Positions 51,388 to 64,000 of a stretch of DNA of 64,000 nt are shown piece after piece. Source of the DNA: Geosiphon pyriformis uo1 (Eukaryota; Fungi; Glomeromycota); contig JAAOMT010000076.1 of the NCBI GenBank assembly GCA_016748015.1, positions 124,001 to 188,000 of the forward strand. The letters run 5' to 3'. Position 1 is the first letter of the stretch, and every line of letters starts with the position of its first letter. The translations under genes were made by a program, and so were the position numbers. The notes beneath the pieces are model-generated. The model searched no databases, was not told the origin of the DNA, and saw only the letters and a list, made by a program, of their open reading frames with translations.

Positions 51388-52452
51388 ATGTCTAACACTC
51401 GTCGGCAACCCATTTTCTTATCAATTTTGGCCGCTGCTGCCTGCCTCGGAGTTTTCGTAAATGGCGCTCCAATCTTGTCAGAGGTACAACAATCTGGTCA
51501 ACACCGTCAACTTTCTAGCTTCCAAGGTCTCGGTTCTGAGAGCAGCCATCAGCAGGAATGGAAGCGTAGTCTCGAACAATGGGAACCTCTCAAAGAGAAA
51601 AGCATCGGTCAAGACCAGCGATTCATGAATTTTGATGGTCATGACGCTCAGGGTGTCATGTATGAACAACGACAGCCTCAAGGCGCGATGAATATTAAAT
51701 ATGAGCAAGGTCAATTGCCTCGAGACAATTTCTGGGGTTCTCCACTGCCAAAACAGGATATGACACAAGTCACTTCTCCCGGTCAGAAATGGGAGCCCAG
51801 AAGCCTCGGCTCTTCCCATATGGAATCAGGCACTCTTCCTCTATCTCAACATTGGGAACATCTGCCAATTCAACAACGCGACTTAGAAGGTCTTCCCCGC
51901 TTTGATACCGGGTTTTCATCAGAAAAGCCCCTTGATACTTACAGAGAAGCCTCCTTTGAAAACCAAGGTCCAACTTACAAACCAATTTCCTTTGAAAAAC
52001 ATACTCCCATGAACGGCCAAGTCTCCTTTGAAAACCAAGGTCCAACTTACAAACCAATTTCCTTTGAAAATCAAGGTCCAACTTACAAACCAATTTCCTT
52101 TGAAAAACAAACTCCCATTAACGGCCAAGTCTCCTTTGAAAATCAACGTCCAACTTACAAACCAATTTCCTTTGAAAAACAAACTCCATTAAACGGCCAA
52201 TCCTTTGAAAGCCAACGTCCAACTTACGAACCAATTTCCTTTGAAAAACAAATTCCCATTGATACTCACCTTTCCATGGAAAAGCAAACTACAATCTCCC
52301 ATCCCAAACGGGATTCTTCACCCATTTATACCCCAGCTTCATTCAAGTCTGGTGAATTGAAGGGGGCTCAACTCCAGGATTCTACTATTCGTGGTGCCAC
52401 ATGGAACTCCGAGTCAGTCCCATGCGTTGGTCAATGCGGTACCACCCTTTAA
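51388..52452 (+). CDS. Secreted tandem-repeat protein with Kex2-like sites (candidate effector or peptide precursor)
   Basis: Signal peptide (MSNTRRQPIFLSILAAAACLGVFVNGA|P), WKR and PKR dibasic sites, 12-aa repeats, intronless 354 aa. Confidence 0.85.
   Translation: MSNTRRQPIFLSILAAAACLGVFVNGAPILSEVQQSGQHRQLSSFQGLGSESSHQQEWKRSLEQWEPLKEKSIGQDQRFMNFDGHDAQGVMYEQRQPQGAMNIKYEQGQLPRDNFWGSPLPKQDMTQVTSPGQKWEPRSLGSSHMESGTLPLSQHWEHLPIQQRDLEGLPRFDTGFSSEKPLDTYREASFENQGPTYKPISFEKHTPMNGQVSFENQGPTYKPISFENQGPTYKPISFEKQTPINGQVSFENQRPTYKPISFEKQTPLNGQSFESQRPTYEPISFEKQIPIDTHLSMEKQTTISHPKRDSSPIYTPASFKSGELKGAQLQDSTIRGATWNSESVPCVGQCGTTL
51952..52272 (+). repeat. Coding higher-order 36-bp repeat, order A-B-A-A-B-A-B-A-B
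   Basis: A = SFENQGPTYKPI, B = SFEKQTPINGQV (variants present); every unit starts tcctttgaaa. Confidence 0.95.
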
Positions 52453-55400
52453 TTCTTGGGTAGGTTAATTTTGTGAGATTGTTATGCCTGAGCGCGAGAA
52501 AATTTTTCTTCATAAATAAACCATTTAAATCGTTGCTTTTATTCCTTCTTGGGTGTTGAGTGTTTACTTTCAAAGAGCTTTATAAAGGTTAGATAGTTTT
52601 TAGCGATCTTAGTTATATTACGAAGAAAACAAAAAACGTTCTCTGGTAGAATGTTGATCCTCTATAATGTATTGTGTGTTTTCAAACATATTTAGTTTTT
52701 TGCTTTTTATGTTGCTTTTGTTCTTTTTCTTGATCCCTTAATTAATATTTTAACATATCAATTGTCGCGGTATTTAGATTTTGCTTCTCAAAATAGAGGC
52801 ACAATGAATTTTTTTAATAAAAGTGCAATGGTTTTGATCTTTATCATGCCTCAATGAAAGCAAACTCGAGTAAAATATTTTTGAGGCCTTAATGATGAGA
52901 CAGCAAAAATTGCAAAACTTCTGTAAGCTTTGTAAGAATATAAAATTTTGAAAGGTCAAAATTTCCAGATAAAGCTTGGTTTTTGACATTTGCAAAAATT
53001 TCAAGTAATATATTGGGTGAAACAATTCTTCAAAATCGTTTAAATGTTGCCAGGAAAAAGTGAAGTAGAAATTTTTTTTTGTGAAACGAAAGAGAAAATT
53101 TTCTTGGTTAAACTTTAAGATTTCCAGATAATTAAAACTCTGCTTAGAATTTTACAATGTATTTGTGAAAATTGAAAGATTTTTAATTTTTTAAAATAAC
53201 TTCCTTTCGTTACTCTTTTTCTCAAATTAATTTTTTCTCGAAATACGTCCAACCCCGACTACCACAAGTGTGATATTTTTATTTTTATTTTTATGAGAAA
53301 CTTGATTGAATATTTGTAAATTTATTTTCAAAATAATATTTTTAAAGATATTGAAAATTTATAATTAGAGAGAATTTTTTTATGGTAGAATTGGATGATT
53401 AACTTCAAGAGTAAGATGTATTGTTAAAAGTAAATTCTTTTAAAAAATCTTTTTATAAGTGTAATTTAGATTTTGAAAGTTTTATCAATCATCCTTTATA
53501 GAATTTCGAATGTTCAAATGCCAATTAAATTATTATTTTATTAAAGAATTCATTTTTTTAATGACTAAAATAATAATAATAATAATAATATGTTTTAAAT
53601 TTAATCGGATTCTTTCTTTTAACCAAAAAAAAACAAAAGTATATATATAAGAAAAAGTCTCGTTGAGTTTTTATTTTGCTTAAAAAAATTTGACTAAAAG
53701 CTCTCAAGATATATAAATGAAAGTAAGATAATTTATTTGTTAATTTTTTAAAATTCAGTCACATTTTTTAAAAAAGCCACAAAACTAGCTTTCATTTTAT
53801 TATTTTGATTCACAAATTGGCTATTACTAAATTAATAATGATATCATAATTAATTTATATGATTCTTAAGATAGGATATTTGGAAAATTACGTTTAATAA
53901 AGTTTCCTAAAAAAGAAATAGTTCATGCAGAAATCGGGGAAAATTATGTCCCAAATTATGTTTATTTTAAAGGACATTTTAAATTAGTGATAGCTGCATT
54001 TGGTAAAAAAAATAAATTTTTAATTGATATTGTTTAAATGTATTTAGTGTTCAGATAATTCCAGATCTGATTGATGGTGGTATGTCAATTGAGTTACAAT
54101 AAGGATACGTATGACAGATATGTGCAGGGTTTGACAATCTCATTGAAATTTCAAATACAAATCAGAATTCCAACATTCTCGTTTTGAAAATTAGTAAGAA
54201 GCAAAGTTGGAATTTAGATTAAAGATATTTTTTATAAAAATCTTTTGTTATAAATTTTTTAATTTAATAACTTTGAAATTATTACTCAAAACTCGAATTT
54301 TTAATATATAAATATATTTAGAAGGAGTAATGTAGTGTCTTTTAGAACGGATAATTTACTTCCTATGGTTTTGGGTAAAAAGCAACCATAATATTCACTG
54401 CATCAAGTTATTCCTTAAGCGAGCATTTATTTTAAAATAAATGAAACTCAAAACCTGTAAAAGTCATTTATTATAATTTCAAATAATTAAATTATAAAAT
54501 TTTTTTTTTTTGAATATCTAATCAATTCAAGCACAGACATAAATTGCCTTGAGGAGTCCATGTGGAGTCCTGCTTAATGTTCCCAAATATTAAAATTTGC
54601 TTTCAGTCAGAAAATTTTATAGAAAGCCTTATTTGCAAAATTTTCCCCCTCATGCAAAATAATGTGAAAATATATTCGTTAACTGTATGAAATTTGAAAA
54701 ACTCAAATTAATAAAATACCTATGAACTATTAATATCATTTTTAAGAGGGAGAGGGGGGGGGGTGATAAGGTTGAACGATCTGTTATTTATATTGCTTTA
54801 GTCCATATATGAAAACTTTTTTGAAAATATGAGATCCGATCTAACTGTCTTTGTGGAACGTTTCATTATAACTGCTTCCTCATTCGACCAGGAATCTTTT
54901 TTTTTTTACATATCGAATCGAATGGTTAATTTTAAGATTTATGAAACACAGGATCAATTTGAACTCATGCAAGTATTATTAAAAAGAATCAAAGTTTTAT
55001 AGATTTTCGTTATAATAAACCAATATCCATTTCTCAAGCATCAGGTTATGATAAGTTTTAATTATTTCTGTAATTGAAAAAATTATGAAGGGTAAATGAA
55101 TTTATTTTAGGGTGGTTATATTCTTTAATTGTACTTAATCATTCTAGAGATTAAAATTATTAAATAATTGATCCATAACTAAAAATTGGATTACCATTTC
55201 CAATTTTCAAAGCCAATTTAAATAGCATGAATAATATTTTTCTTGATTCAAGTTTGATATAAATTTATTTATATCTAATTATTAATGTATTTTCATTTTA
55301 ATGATAAATAATAAAATTTTCATGAAAAAAATAAATTCTTTGAATAAATATTTATATTAATTTTTTTAAATCCTCTACTGTAAAAAGGTTTTCAGTTGAT

Positions 55401-56745
55401 GAATAATTCTTTTTTGAATTTTGTCTTAAATTTCAAATGTTTAAAATTTTTGAATCAGTTCACATGGGAATTATTAATTATTATATATCTATTGCCTAAA
55501 TTGGACTTTTTGAACTTTATCATTATTCAATTAAGTTTATCAATATAATTTAGTAATATTTATCATGGTTACAAAACTCTTCATTATTATGATAGGTTTT
55601 CTTGTTTAAATTTTATACAGTAGCTAGTAAGTAGTTAAAGTTTTTTTAATCTAGCCGAAAATCTCTTTTTTCCTTGCACCATAGAAATTAAATTCAATGG
55701 TTAAACCATATTGCACTACATTATGATATAATTGATAATGTAAAAGTTGGTAAGCTTTACGTAATTTAAGATTAACTCTTTTGCGGATTCTAATTTCCTA
55801 AAATTTTCGATTCAATATTACAATATTTTATAAATTCATTTGCTGTCTGCTTGTTAATTTGTTTAATAAATTTGACGAAAAATAGTCAAAAGATTTTTTA
55901 ATATTTAGAAAATATGAAATTTTTGCATTATAGTTAGATCGTCCAGAAATTTCAAAAGAAAATTTTATCAATGGAGATATTTTATGGTCCCTTTTATTTG
56001 AAGTATAATTTTTGAAGAAAATTTCATTTAAAAATTTTTAATGTTTCACGCTATTCATAAGATCGTGATTTCTTTTATTTTCTTTCTACAATGTCATGTG
56101 AAAAATTTATTTAAAATTCCAAAAAAATTTTTTTTTACTTTTATTAAGATAATGACTCTCTTACCAATTGTTATCTCATTGCCTGCATTGTTTTAAAAAA
56201 ATTATTTATAATGGCTGATTATAAAATACCCGATAAAAGTTATAAGCAATTCTTGTAACGCTCTCGCATTGCATGAGGTAACGCATGTATTTAATTGGTG
56301 TAGGTCGGGAATTAATACTTATCTCAAAAATGGTTACAAACCAATAATTTAGTATCCGATTCAGTTATACATTTTCTGTATTGAAATGTTGATATCAATC
56401 ACTCTATTTGATCAATTTAATTTCAAAGTTAATTTGAGAGACCATAAAAAGATTTTATTGCATCTTCTTCCTTGCAGATCTTTTGGTATATTGGGTATAT
56501 ATATATATATATACACTTAAATAATGTTAAAAATAGTTGTAAACGATTTTTTTTCTTTTAAATCAAAAAAAATCTTTTTCACTTTAAAAACGATTTTCTG
56601 CTTAATAATTTTCTGTTTTTTCTATATATAAATTCCTATTCAAAATCTAAAGCATTATAAGAACAATTTAAATAATCAAATTTTTTGTTTAAAAATCATC
56701 TTTTTTTCCCTTCAAAACAAATTACTATTTTTTTTTATTTCAAGA

Positions 56746-58386
56746 ATGGCGGTAACAAAGGCTCAATCAATATTTTTAATTCTACAATCATTAAATTTAT
56801 TTTCCATTGCTCTTTTATCATACATAATTTTACACTCATTCAGCACAACACATCGAATCATTCTAGTAATATGCGGAATATGTACAATAAAAACAATTTT
56901 TGAATTATCTATAATATTTAATTATGGTGATTCAATTTCAGACGCTTATAACGCTCCTTTATGTTTGATACAAGCTTATATCAGTTATTTTTGCAATTTA
57001 ATGAAATCAACTTTAGTTTTTGCTTTGTCAGTAAATCTTTGGAATTTAGTGGTGAGGAATAAATTACATCATAATGAGAATGATAATGTTAAGAATCCTT
57101 GGATAAAGTATACGGCTGCTTCAGGACTTATTTCATTCTTTTTGACGGGGATGAATTTTATATTCGAAGATTTTCTAAAATGGAATCCTCAAGGTTCGCT
57201 AGAAGCTGGCATCGCCGGAGTTTTGCCTACAGAGTTAGGATGCACCGTTAGAGGACATTTGATCAAATATATATTTTATCAAACACCTTTGGTCTTTTTT
57301 ATTTTGCTAGGGGTCGGATTTACAAGTAAGTTCCTTTTTCTTTTTCAAATCATTCCATCTATATTTTCTTGAATAATATTTTTATTTCGTTTCTTTTATC
57401 TCTAGTACATACAACCTTTAGACTTATAAAGATACGAAATACTTTCAGCAGTAGGCTTAGCGTTAAAGAACGGTAATAATATCTTTTTTTTTCATTTTTT
57501 AGTAATTCTTTTTATTTTTTTCCTATCCTAATTAATAATAACATATAATTTTTTAGGTTGTGCATTCGTCTTCTTCTTCTTTCGACATTTTCATTAGGAT
57601 GGTTAATTTTTATATCAAGTAAGTCAAAAATCTTCAAAATTTTTAACTTCATCTGATATTATAAATAATTTCGATTTCTTTTTTTTTCTCAAAAGTCCCG
57701 CGAGCAGTACCTTATTTTAAAACTGGTGAATCCGAATTTCAACCTACATTACTCACTGCAACAGAATGGATTGAACCTCTCACGTAATTAGTGATTTGAA
57801 AATTTAATATATGACCTATTTCAATAAGTTTTTTTAGCAAAACATAATCTCCAATAAGATAATTCAAACAAACTAATTTTTTTTTTCATTTTAATTTCTT
57901 AAAACTTTTAGGGGTTCAGCACTTTTCCTCATATTTGGCTCATTCATTCATCCATCGTTATATATATGTTTGCCATGGCTCAATAAACCCGAAAACGGAA
58001 TTTCAGTAACAACCCGAACAAGTAATTTCACGAGCACTACTCCAATTTCAGCCTTTGAAAATAGTCATATCCATCAGATACCAAATATTGGTCAAAAAAA
58101 TTCTCGCAGACCTTTAGACTCAAATTCTAATTTACCTTCAAATGAAAATGATCCAAAAAACTTATTAAAGTTGAAAAAAAACGATCCGAGATATGTGATC
58201 ACAAAAGCAGATACACGGTACGTGATTGTCTTTGATGAAGTCGTTAAAGTAGATTTACCAAAACCGAGATTGGAATTCCATACTTTAAAAGACTTGAATA
58301 ATTATATGGAAGAAACAGCTAGTTTTAATTCTGAGGATTTGGGTGATAGTACTATTGAAGTTGTAGATCTTGATCAGGTAGAATAA
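56746..58386 (+). CDS. Seven-transmembrane GPCR-like protein (cAMP-receptor-like/Git3-like), 5 exons
   Basis: Exons 56746-57325, 57406-57472, 57557-57618, 57696-57783, 57912-58386 join in frame. TM3 pattern LCLIQAYISYFCNLMKSTLVFALSVNLW, ECL2 Cys (GCTV), TM7 GSALFLIFG, polar cytoplasmic tail. Confidence 0.75.
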
Positions 58387-59199
58387 AAAAAATGTATTAA
58401 GTTTGAAAAGGAATTGAAAGAAAACAAATAACATGTAAATTAAATTATGAATTTAAATCAAATAAAAATAAAACTAAAATAATTTTATAATTAAATCTAT
58501 TGAAAGGCTATGACCCTGAAAATTATTAAGAATTTTCGACTTTATTGATATATACTGTACTTTGCTGAAAAAATAAATCTTGAGTTTTGAATTTTTTTGT
58601 CAAGTGTAATAAGATAAATGGAAATCTCCTTTATAAATTTTGAACCACTTTTTTACTAATTGTTCATATTGATAATAAGAATACAGTGGTACACAAAAAA
58701 TCATCATATCACCCGAGAAATTTTATATCTCACTTTAATTATGATTGTTTTTATACAAATTTTTCAAAAGAAAAATTTTTTTTCTTTAATTATATATACT
58801 GAGGCCGAAACAGAGTTCTCAGGAATAAATTAACAATATTTTTCATAATAAAAAAAAATTATTATGACCTGTATTTCAATAGAAAAACGTGTAAGAAAAT
58901 ATAACCTTCTTTGAAGAAGAATATTCTACTCGAAAAAATTGCTTATCGTGAACTTCGTAGCACGAATTAAATAAGAAAATTAAAAAATGAAACTAGTAGT
59001 TTCACAGATAAAATACAGATTCCTCACTTCTCGCTGATCATTTGAAAATTAGCTATTTTAATAAATTCAGAGGAAAGTTTCAATCGAAAAAGGTTGATAA
59101 CAATTCTTAATCTCATAATTTCCAAAGAATCAAAAGCATAGTTGACATGGGTGAAAGACTAAAATGCAACAAATAAATGAATTTTCAAAATGATATAAC

Positions 59200-62100
59200 C
59201 CTTACATTATAAGGATATTTCGTTGATATCTAACAAAAAAATCTTAATTATGTAATAATTATTAATATTGTTACAAAATTAATGTAACAAGCTAATAGAT
59301 AGCAAGAAAAAGAGGGTATTAAGAATAATAAAAATTAATCAAAGAAAATTTTTAAATTAAATAAATAAGTAATTTAATTAATGTAAACAATTTTAAATTT
59401 AAAATTACTAATCTTTTCAATAAAATTTTTCAAAATAAAAATAAATTGAATTAGTAATAACCTTTTTTTTAATAAGTGTTCTAATTAATAATAAGTGATT
59501 TAATAATATTTTTAAAAAACTGGTTCAAAAAAAAACAAGCTTTTTAATAATAAAAAGTTAAACGAAAAAAAAAATACAGTTTTATATATATTTTTTAGTT
59601 TGTCTAAAGTTTTAAACCCTTTTCAATTCTAATTAACTTAAAAAAATTTTAACTTTTATAATAAAATCTTCAAAAAATTAAGTAAATTAAAATCTAAAAA
59701 AAAAATTAATTGGATTAATCTTTAAGTTAATATTTCTAATAAAATTAAAATCTTTTATAAATATTTAAAATATCGGTTTACAATCATATTATTTAAATAA
59801 AAAAAACAAAATTTATGGTCAAAAAACTATACCAAAACTCTTGTTTAGCAAATTTTTACACATGTTATGATTAATTTATAATAAAATTTTACAAATTGTA
59901 ATTTTTTTTAAATTTATTGTAATTAATATTACAGGCAAAATAACAAACTAATAAATAAAAATATGTGAATTTTTTTATTTAAAAATTAATTAGAATTTTT
60001 ATGTTTTTTGTTAAATATTTTTTAAATTTCAATAATAAAAACAATTTTTTTCGTTTCTTTATTAATTAACAAAGAAGACCCAACTACTATCTGCTACAAT
60101 ACAACAAAATATATGTTTTAAAGTAAATGCGATTTATGTACTTTTTACATATAACCCATTTAAACTAATTAAAGCTACATTATATACTTAATATCTCTGA
60201 CTAAAACTGAAAAAACACATAGTTTTTTCTAAAACCAAGACTAACCAAATATTAAGTCATTAACACTTATTAAGTTTCTTTTTTCATAATTTATTTTTAA
60301 TTTAACATTGGATATGAATATCTTTTTTTGTATTTAAATATTAATTTTTAAGCATTTTCAAAAACTTTTTAACACCTTATTAAACCAATCTTTAAACACA
60401 AACTTCTAATAAACTGTTATATTAAACGGATTTTTTTACTAAAAAATTAAACAATATCTGAAATACTAAAAAGAAACCAAAGCCAATATTTTGCTAATGT
60501 TTTTACAAAGCCAAATATTTATATAAAATAGTTTTTAACATTTAATCTTTTATATATATAAAAACATAATTGAAAACTTTTATTTTAACACAGAAAATAC
60601 ACAATATATTTAGATACAACAATTATTAACATTTTTTTACTGTAATTAACAACTTTTTGTAAATAGTTTTTATAATATAAGTATATAACCAACTAAGATC
60701 TTGCTAATAAAACTAGAATAAATATGAAAATCCAAGTATTATATTAAAACTACTCATTTTTAATCTATGTTTATTAACAGTAAAAACTCGAAATTAATCT
60801 TATTTTTCATAACATATTTTTTTTTACTTTAATTTAAGTCAAAAACAGATTTTTTTCTTAACTGTAATGGTAAAAAAATATCTTTTATTCAATATTTGTT
60901 ACAAAATCATGTTTAATATTACAGAATTCAAATTTAAACATATTAATAATTGTTTTATTGTTTGTCAAAATTTTTATATAACTAAAAATTAGTTTTATAT
61001 TTAAACAAAAGTCATAGCATATATCTCTAGCAAACATTCAAAATATTAAGCCATATATGCTTACATTCAAAGTTATTTTCATATTAGCAAAATATAATCA
61101 CTTTTTATTATATTATTTAAACTAAAACCATTAATTAATTTATTTGTAAAAAACAATAATCTTCTAATATTTAATAACAACTAAAATATTAACATTTTTG
61201 TACTTATTTTTGACATTAAAATTTTGTATCTCACAAAAATTTTGATAATACTGGCCAAAAAATTGAAGATTATAATAAATTAATCATTTTTTATTTTATA
61301 ATTTGCAAATTTTAAAGATTAAATTTGAAAAATTTGATTAAAAATTTTTTATTATTAGCAAGCTTCATTACAGCTATTAATTTGTTTTTAGTTTAAATTT
61401 ACTTAAAAAGTTTTTATATTATATAAAAAATAAGTTAAAGTATTACTAAAACCAAATAATAAAACTGTTTATTTAAAACTGTCTTTTAAGACCCAAAAAA
61501 ATCTAAGTTTTTTTAGACTTAAAAAATTTAAACTATTTGTTAATAATATTATATTAAAACACTAATAAAATTTACCAAATCTTTCATAAAAATAAAATAC
61601 TTACTTATGCTTAAATTAATTTTTTTAATTTTATAATTAATGAAAATTGGCATTGTTTTTTTATTGTTTATAGTAATATTCAAAACATTTTGTGTTAATG
61701 CAAAACTATATCTAATCCAAATAGTATTATCTATAAAAGTCTTAACTGATAAATAAGAAGTAACATTTGTTTGTTTTTTATTCAATCCATATTTGTAATC
61801 TGTTACAAATCTATATAGTAATTATACAACTTTTTATTTCTTTTTATTTTACACAAAAATAAATTGTAATTATTGTAAATATTACCAAAAATCTAATAAA
61901 ATTTTTAAATATTTTTATTTTTTATAAACTATTTTGTAAATAAAGCCAATTTACTAAATTATATGCTTTGTTTAATTTTGCAAAACCAATTAAATTTTTT
62001 TGACAGTATTTTTTATTACCAAGTTAACAGTAAAAATCAATGTTTGTGTAAATATAATTATATTTAATTTGAATTATATACATTAAAAATTAGATTGTAA

Positions 62101-64000
62101 GTTTTTAATAAAAAAAATTATCTTATTTTAAAAATTAAATTCGGAAAAAAATAATTTTATTAAAAAACAAAACTTTTGTTTGTTAATCTTCAAATTACAA
62201 CAAAAATCAAAAAGTTAAGAAAGTATTTTTGGTTATATTTTGTTTTTATATGTACACTATTTTATTCAACATTTTTTTGTTTAAAAATTAGTAACTTTAA
62301 CTAGTTTTAGTAGAAATATGTTTAATAACAAAACTAAAAAAAATTAATACAGACTTAAAAACATATATTTGGTATGCAAAATTAACAAAAATAAGAAGAA
62401 CATTAAAAGTTTTGGTTTTTTGCTCCTTTTTTTTAAAAAAAATTTTAACTTTAAAAATATAATAAATGTTATATTGAAAAAATAAGTTTTAACTTAATTA
62501 ATAATAGAAAAATTTTGAAAAAACTAATTTTTTAATGCTTAAGAGCACATTTATTTAAACTCTGATTTTTGTAATTTAATTAGTAATAAAAATATTCTAA
62601 AAAAAGCAAAATATGTATAAAACATATAATTCTATAGGCTGATTGCATTTGTAATAAAACTTACAAAGAATAAAAATATTTTAAAGATTTATTAAGTGTT
62701 TTGTTAGTATTTACATTGATTATCGAAATAGAAATATAACAGATTTTGGGTTAAGTAATAGTTATAATATTTATAATAATTTGGATTAAGATGAAATGTT
62801 TTTTTTCTTTTATAATATATTTTTTATGATTTACAACTGCAAACATAGTGTCCAAAGTAAGAATATTATGATTTAAGAGAATAAGATTGTAAGTAATTGA
62901 CAAAAGCTTATTAAATTTTCGAAAGTTGGTTGTAAACATTTACATATCTTTGCAAAAATGCAAAAAGTTGGCTCACCAATGTGATTATTTTAATCTAAAA
63001 ACTTGGAATTGATAGCAGATGTAAGAACGTAGTAGAATTCTACATATTATATAAAAGAGTGCACACTGGTACTTTATAAGATAAAAATCTTTGTTAACTT
63101 TTACTATGTAATAACATAATTTAATATTGTATATTATTGTATAGCTTCTTGTTATTATAACAAACATGGCTAGAAATTTAAATCAATATTTATTATTCGA
63201 ATTTGATTGGATAATATTAGAAAAAATTTACAAATTGTTGAAAGTAAGTATATTTATTTTTTGACACATTTATAATAACAAATAGCTAATTTATAATTCT
63301 TTGCTTAAGCAATAATACTTACAAGTCTAGCATATTATTTAATCATAACTGTCTTAGTACTTATTTACAATTATAAACTAAAAGATTTCCAAAATCAGAC
63401 TAGCCAAAATACAAACTTAAAAATACTGCTAAGCTGGCTATTAATAAATTATAGCAATTTATTCAAAAATAAAAGAGCTAATCTATATTATTGTCACAAG
63501 TTAAGTTAATAAATATATTGCTTTATAAATTAATTGTTGTTAAAATATTTTTTTTTAGTTTTTAATTCACAATTGAAACTTACTAATTATTATAAAACAA
63601 AAGTTTTTGTATTAAAAATATAAGCAAAAAAGTCATAAATAGTTTTTTAAAATATAAAAAATTGTTGGTTTTAAGTAGAACAATTTTTAATTAAATACAG
63701 AAAAAAATTTAAATATTGAATTCAAAGCTAAGAACTAATCATAAAAAAAGAGTTTATATAATAATAACAGTTTAGTATTTAATAACATACAAAATATTTG
63801 TGCCTGTGATTTTTAGTTTGATTTATGCAAGATTTGGATGTGTTTAAAAGTTACTTAGTTTGTTTTAATTTGAAAGAAAACTATTTATTTTTTTTGGATT
63901 TGGAATTAGATGCTTCGGTTGTATTTAGTCCAATTGGCTAATTACATGTAAAAAATACATAAAAAATGTTTCCTTTAAAGCATATATCTTGTTGTATTGT
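59200..64000. other. Extremely AT-rich decayed repeat block running to the window end
   Basis: CpG-poor, only short Ile/Lys/Asn-rich spurious ORFs. Confidence 0.45.

Noticed and set aside
51952-52272. 36-bp periodic repeats resembling a CRISPR array
   Set aside because: No unique spacers, in-frame coding repeat in a eukaryotic gene, no cas genes.
62750-63170. Short ORFs and a faint reverse-transcriptase-like stretch in the terminal AT block
   Set aside because: Too degenerate to support a motif call; composition explains the ORFs.

Overview
AT-rich, intron-containing fungal DNA. The gene content (expanded MATA-type HMG boxes, secreted class-3 lipase-like gene, DUF4419, CpG-depleted LINE) points to Glomeromycotina, possibly Geosiphon-like; this is an inference. 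In order, the window holds: a decayed LINE ORF1, an Scm3-domain gene, a spliced DUF2433/metallophosphoesterase-RRM gene, a 4-exon orphan, a minus-strand chromatin-gene array (14.5-22.1 kb), a small Zn-binding orphan, a secreted pseudo-lipase, four related acidic D-F-x-L-F orphan genes, a DUF4419 pseudogene, a long-TIR element beside a Tc1 remnant, a secreted repeat protein and a 7TM receptor. Very AT-rich decayed blocks lie between these. The most striking find is two tandem histone H2A paralogues without an H2B partner. Each has a third exon, not joined to the H2A core in the ORF track, that adds a TGGK[KR]K motif and a long acidic tail sharing the motif PS[QE]ESE[SP]GE[QN]EE. They alternate with HMG-box genes (HMG - H2A - degenerate HMG - H2A - HMG). 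All splice models were built by hand from GT/AG sites and frame continuity and need RNA-seq confirmation.
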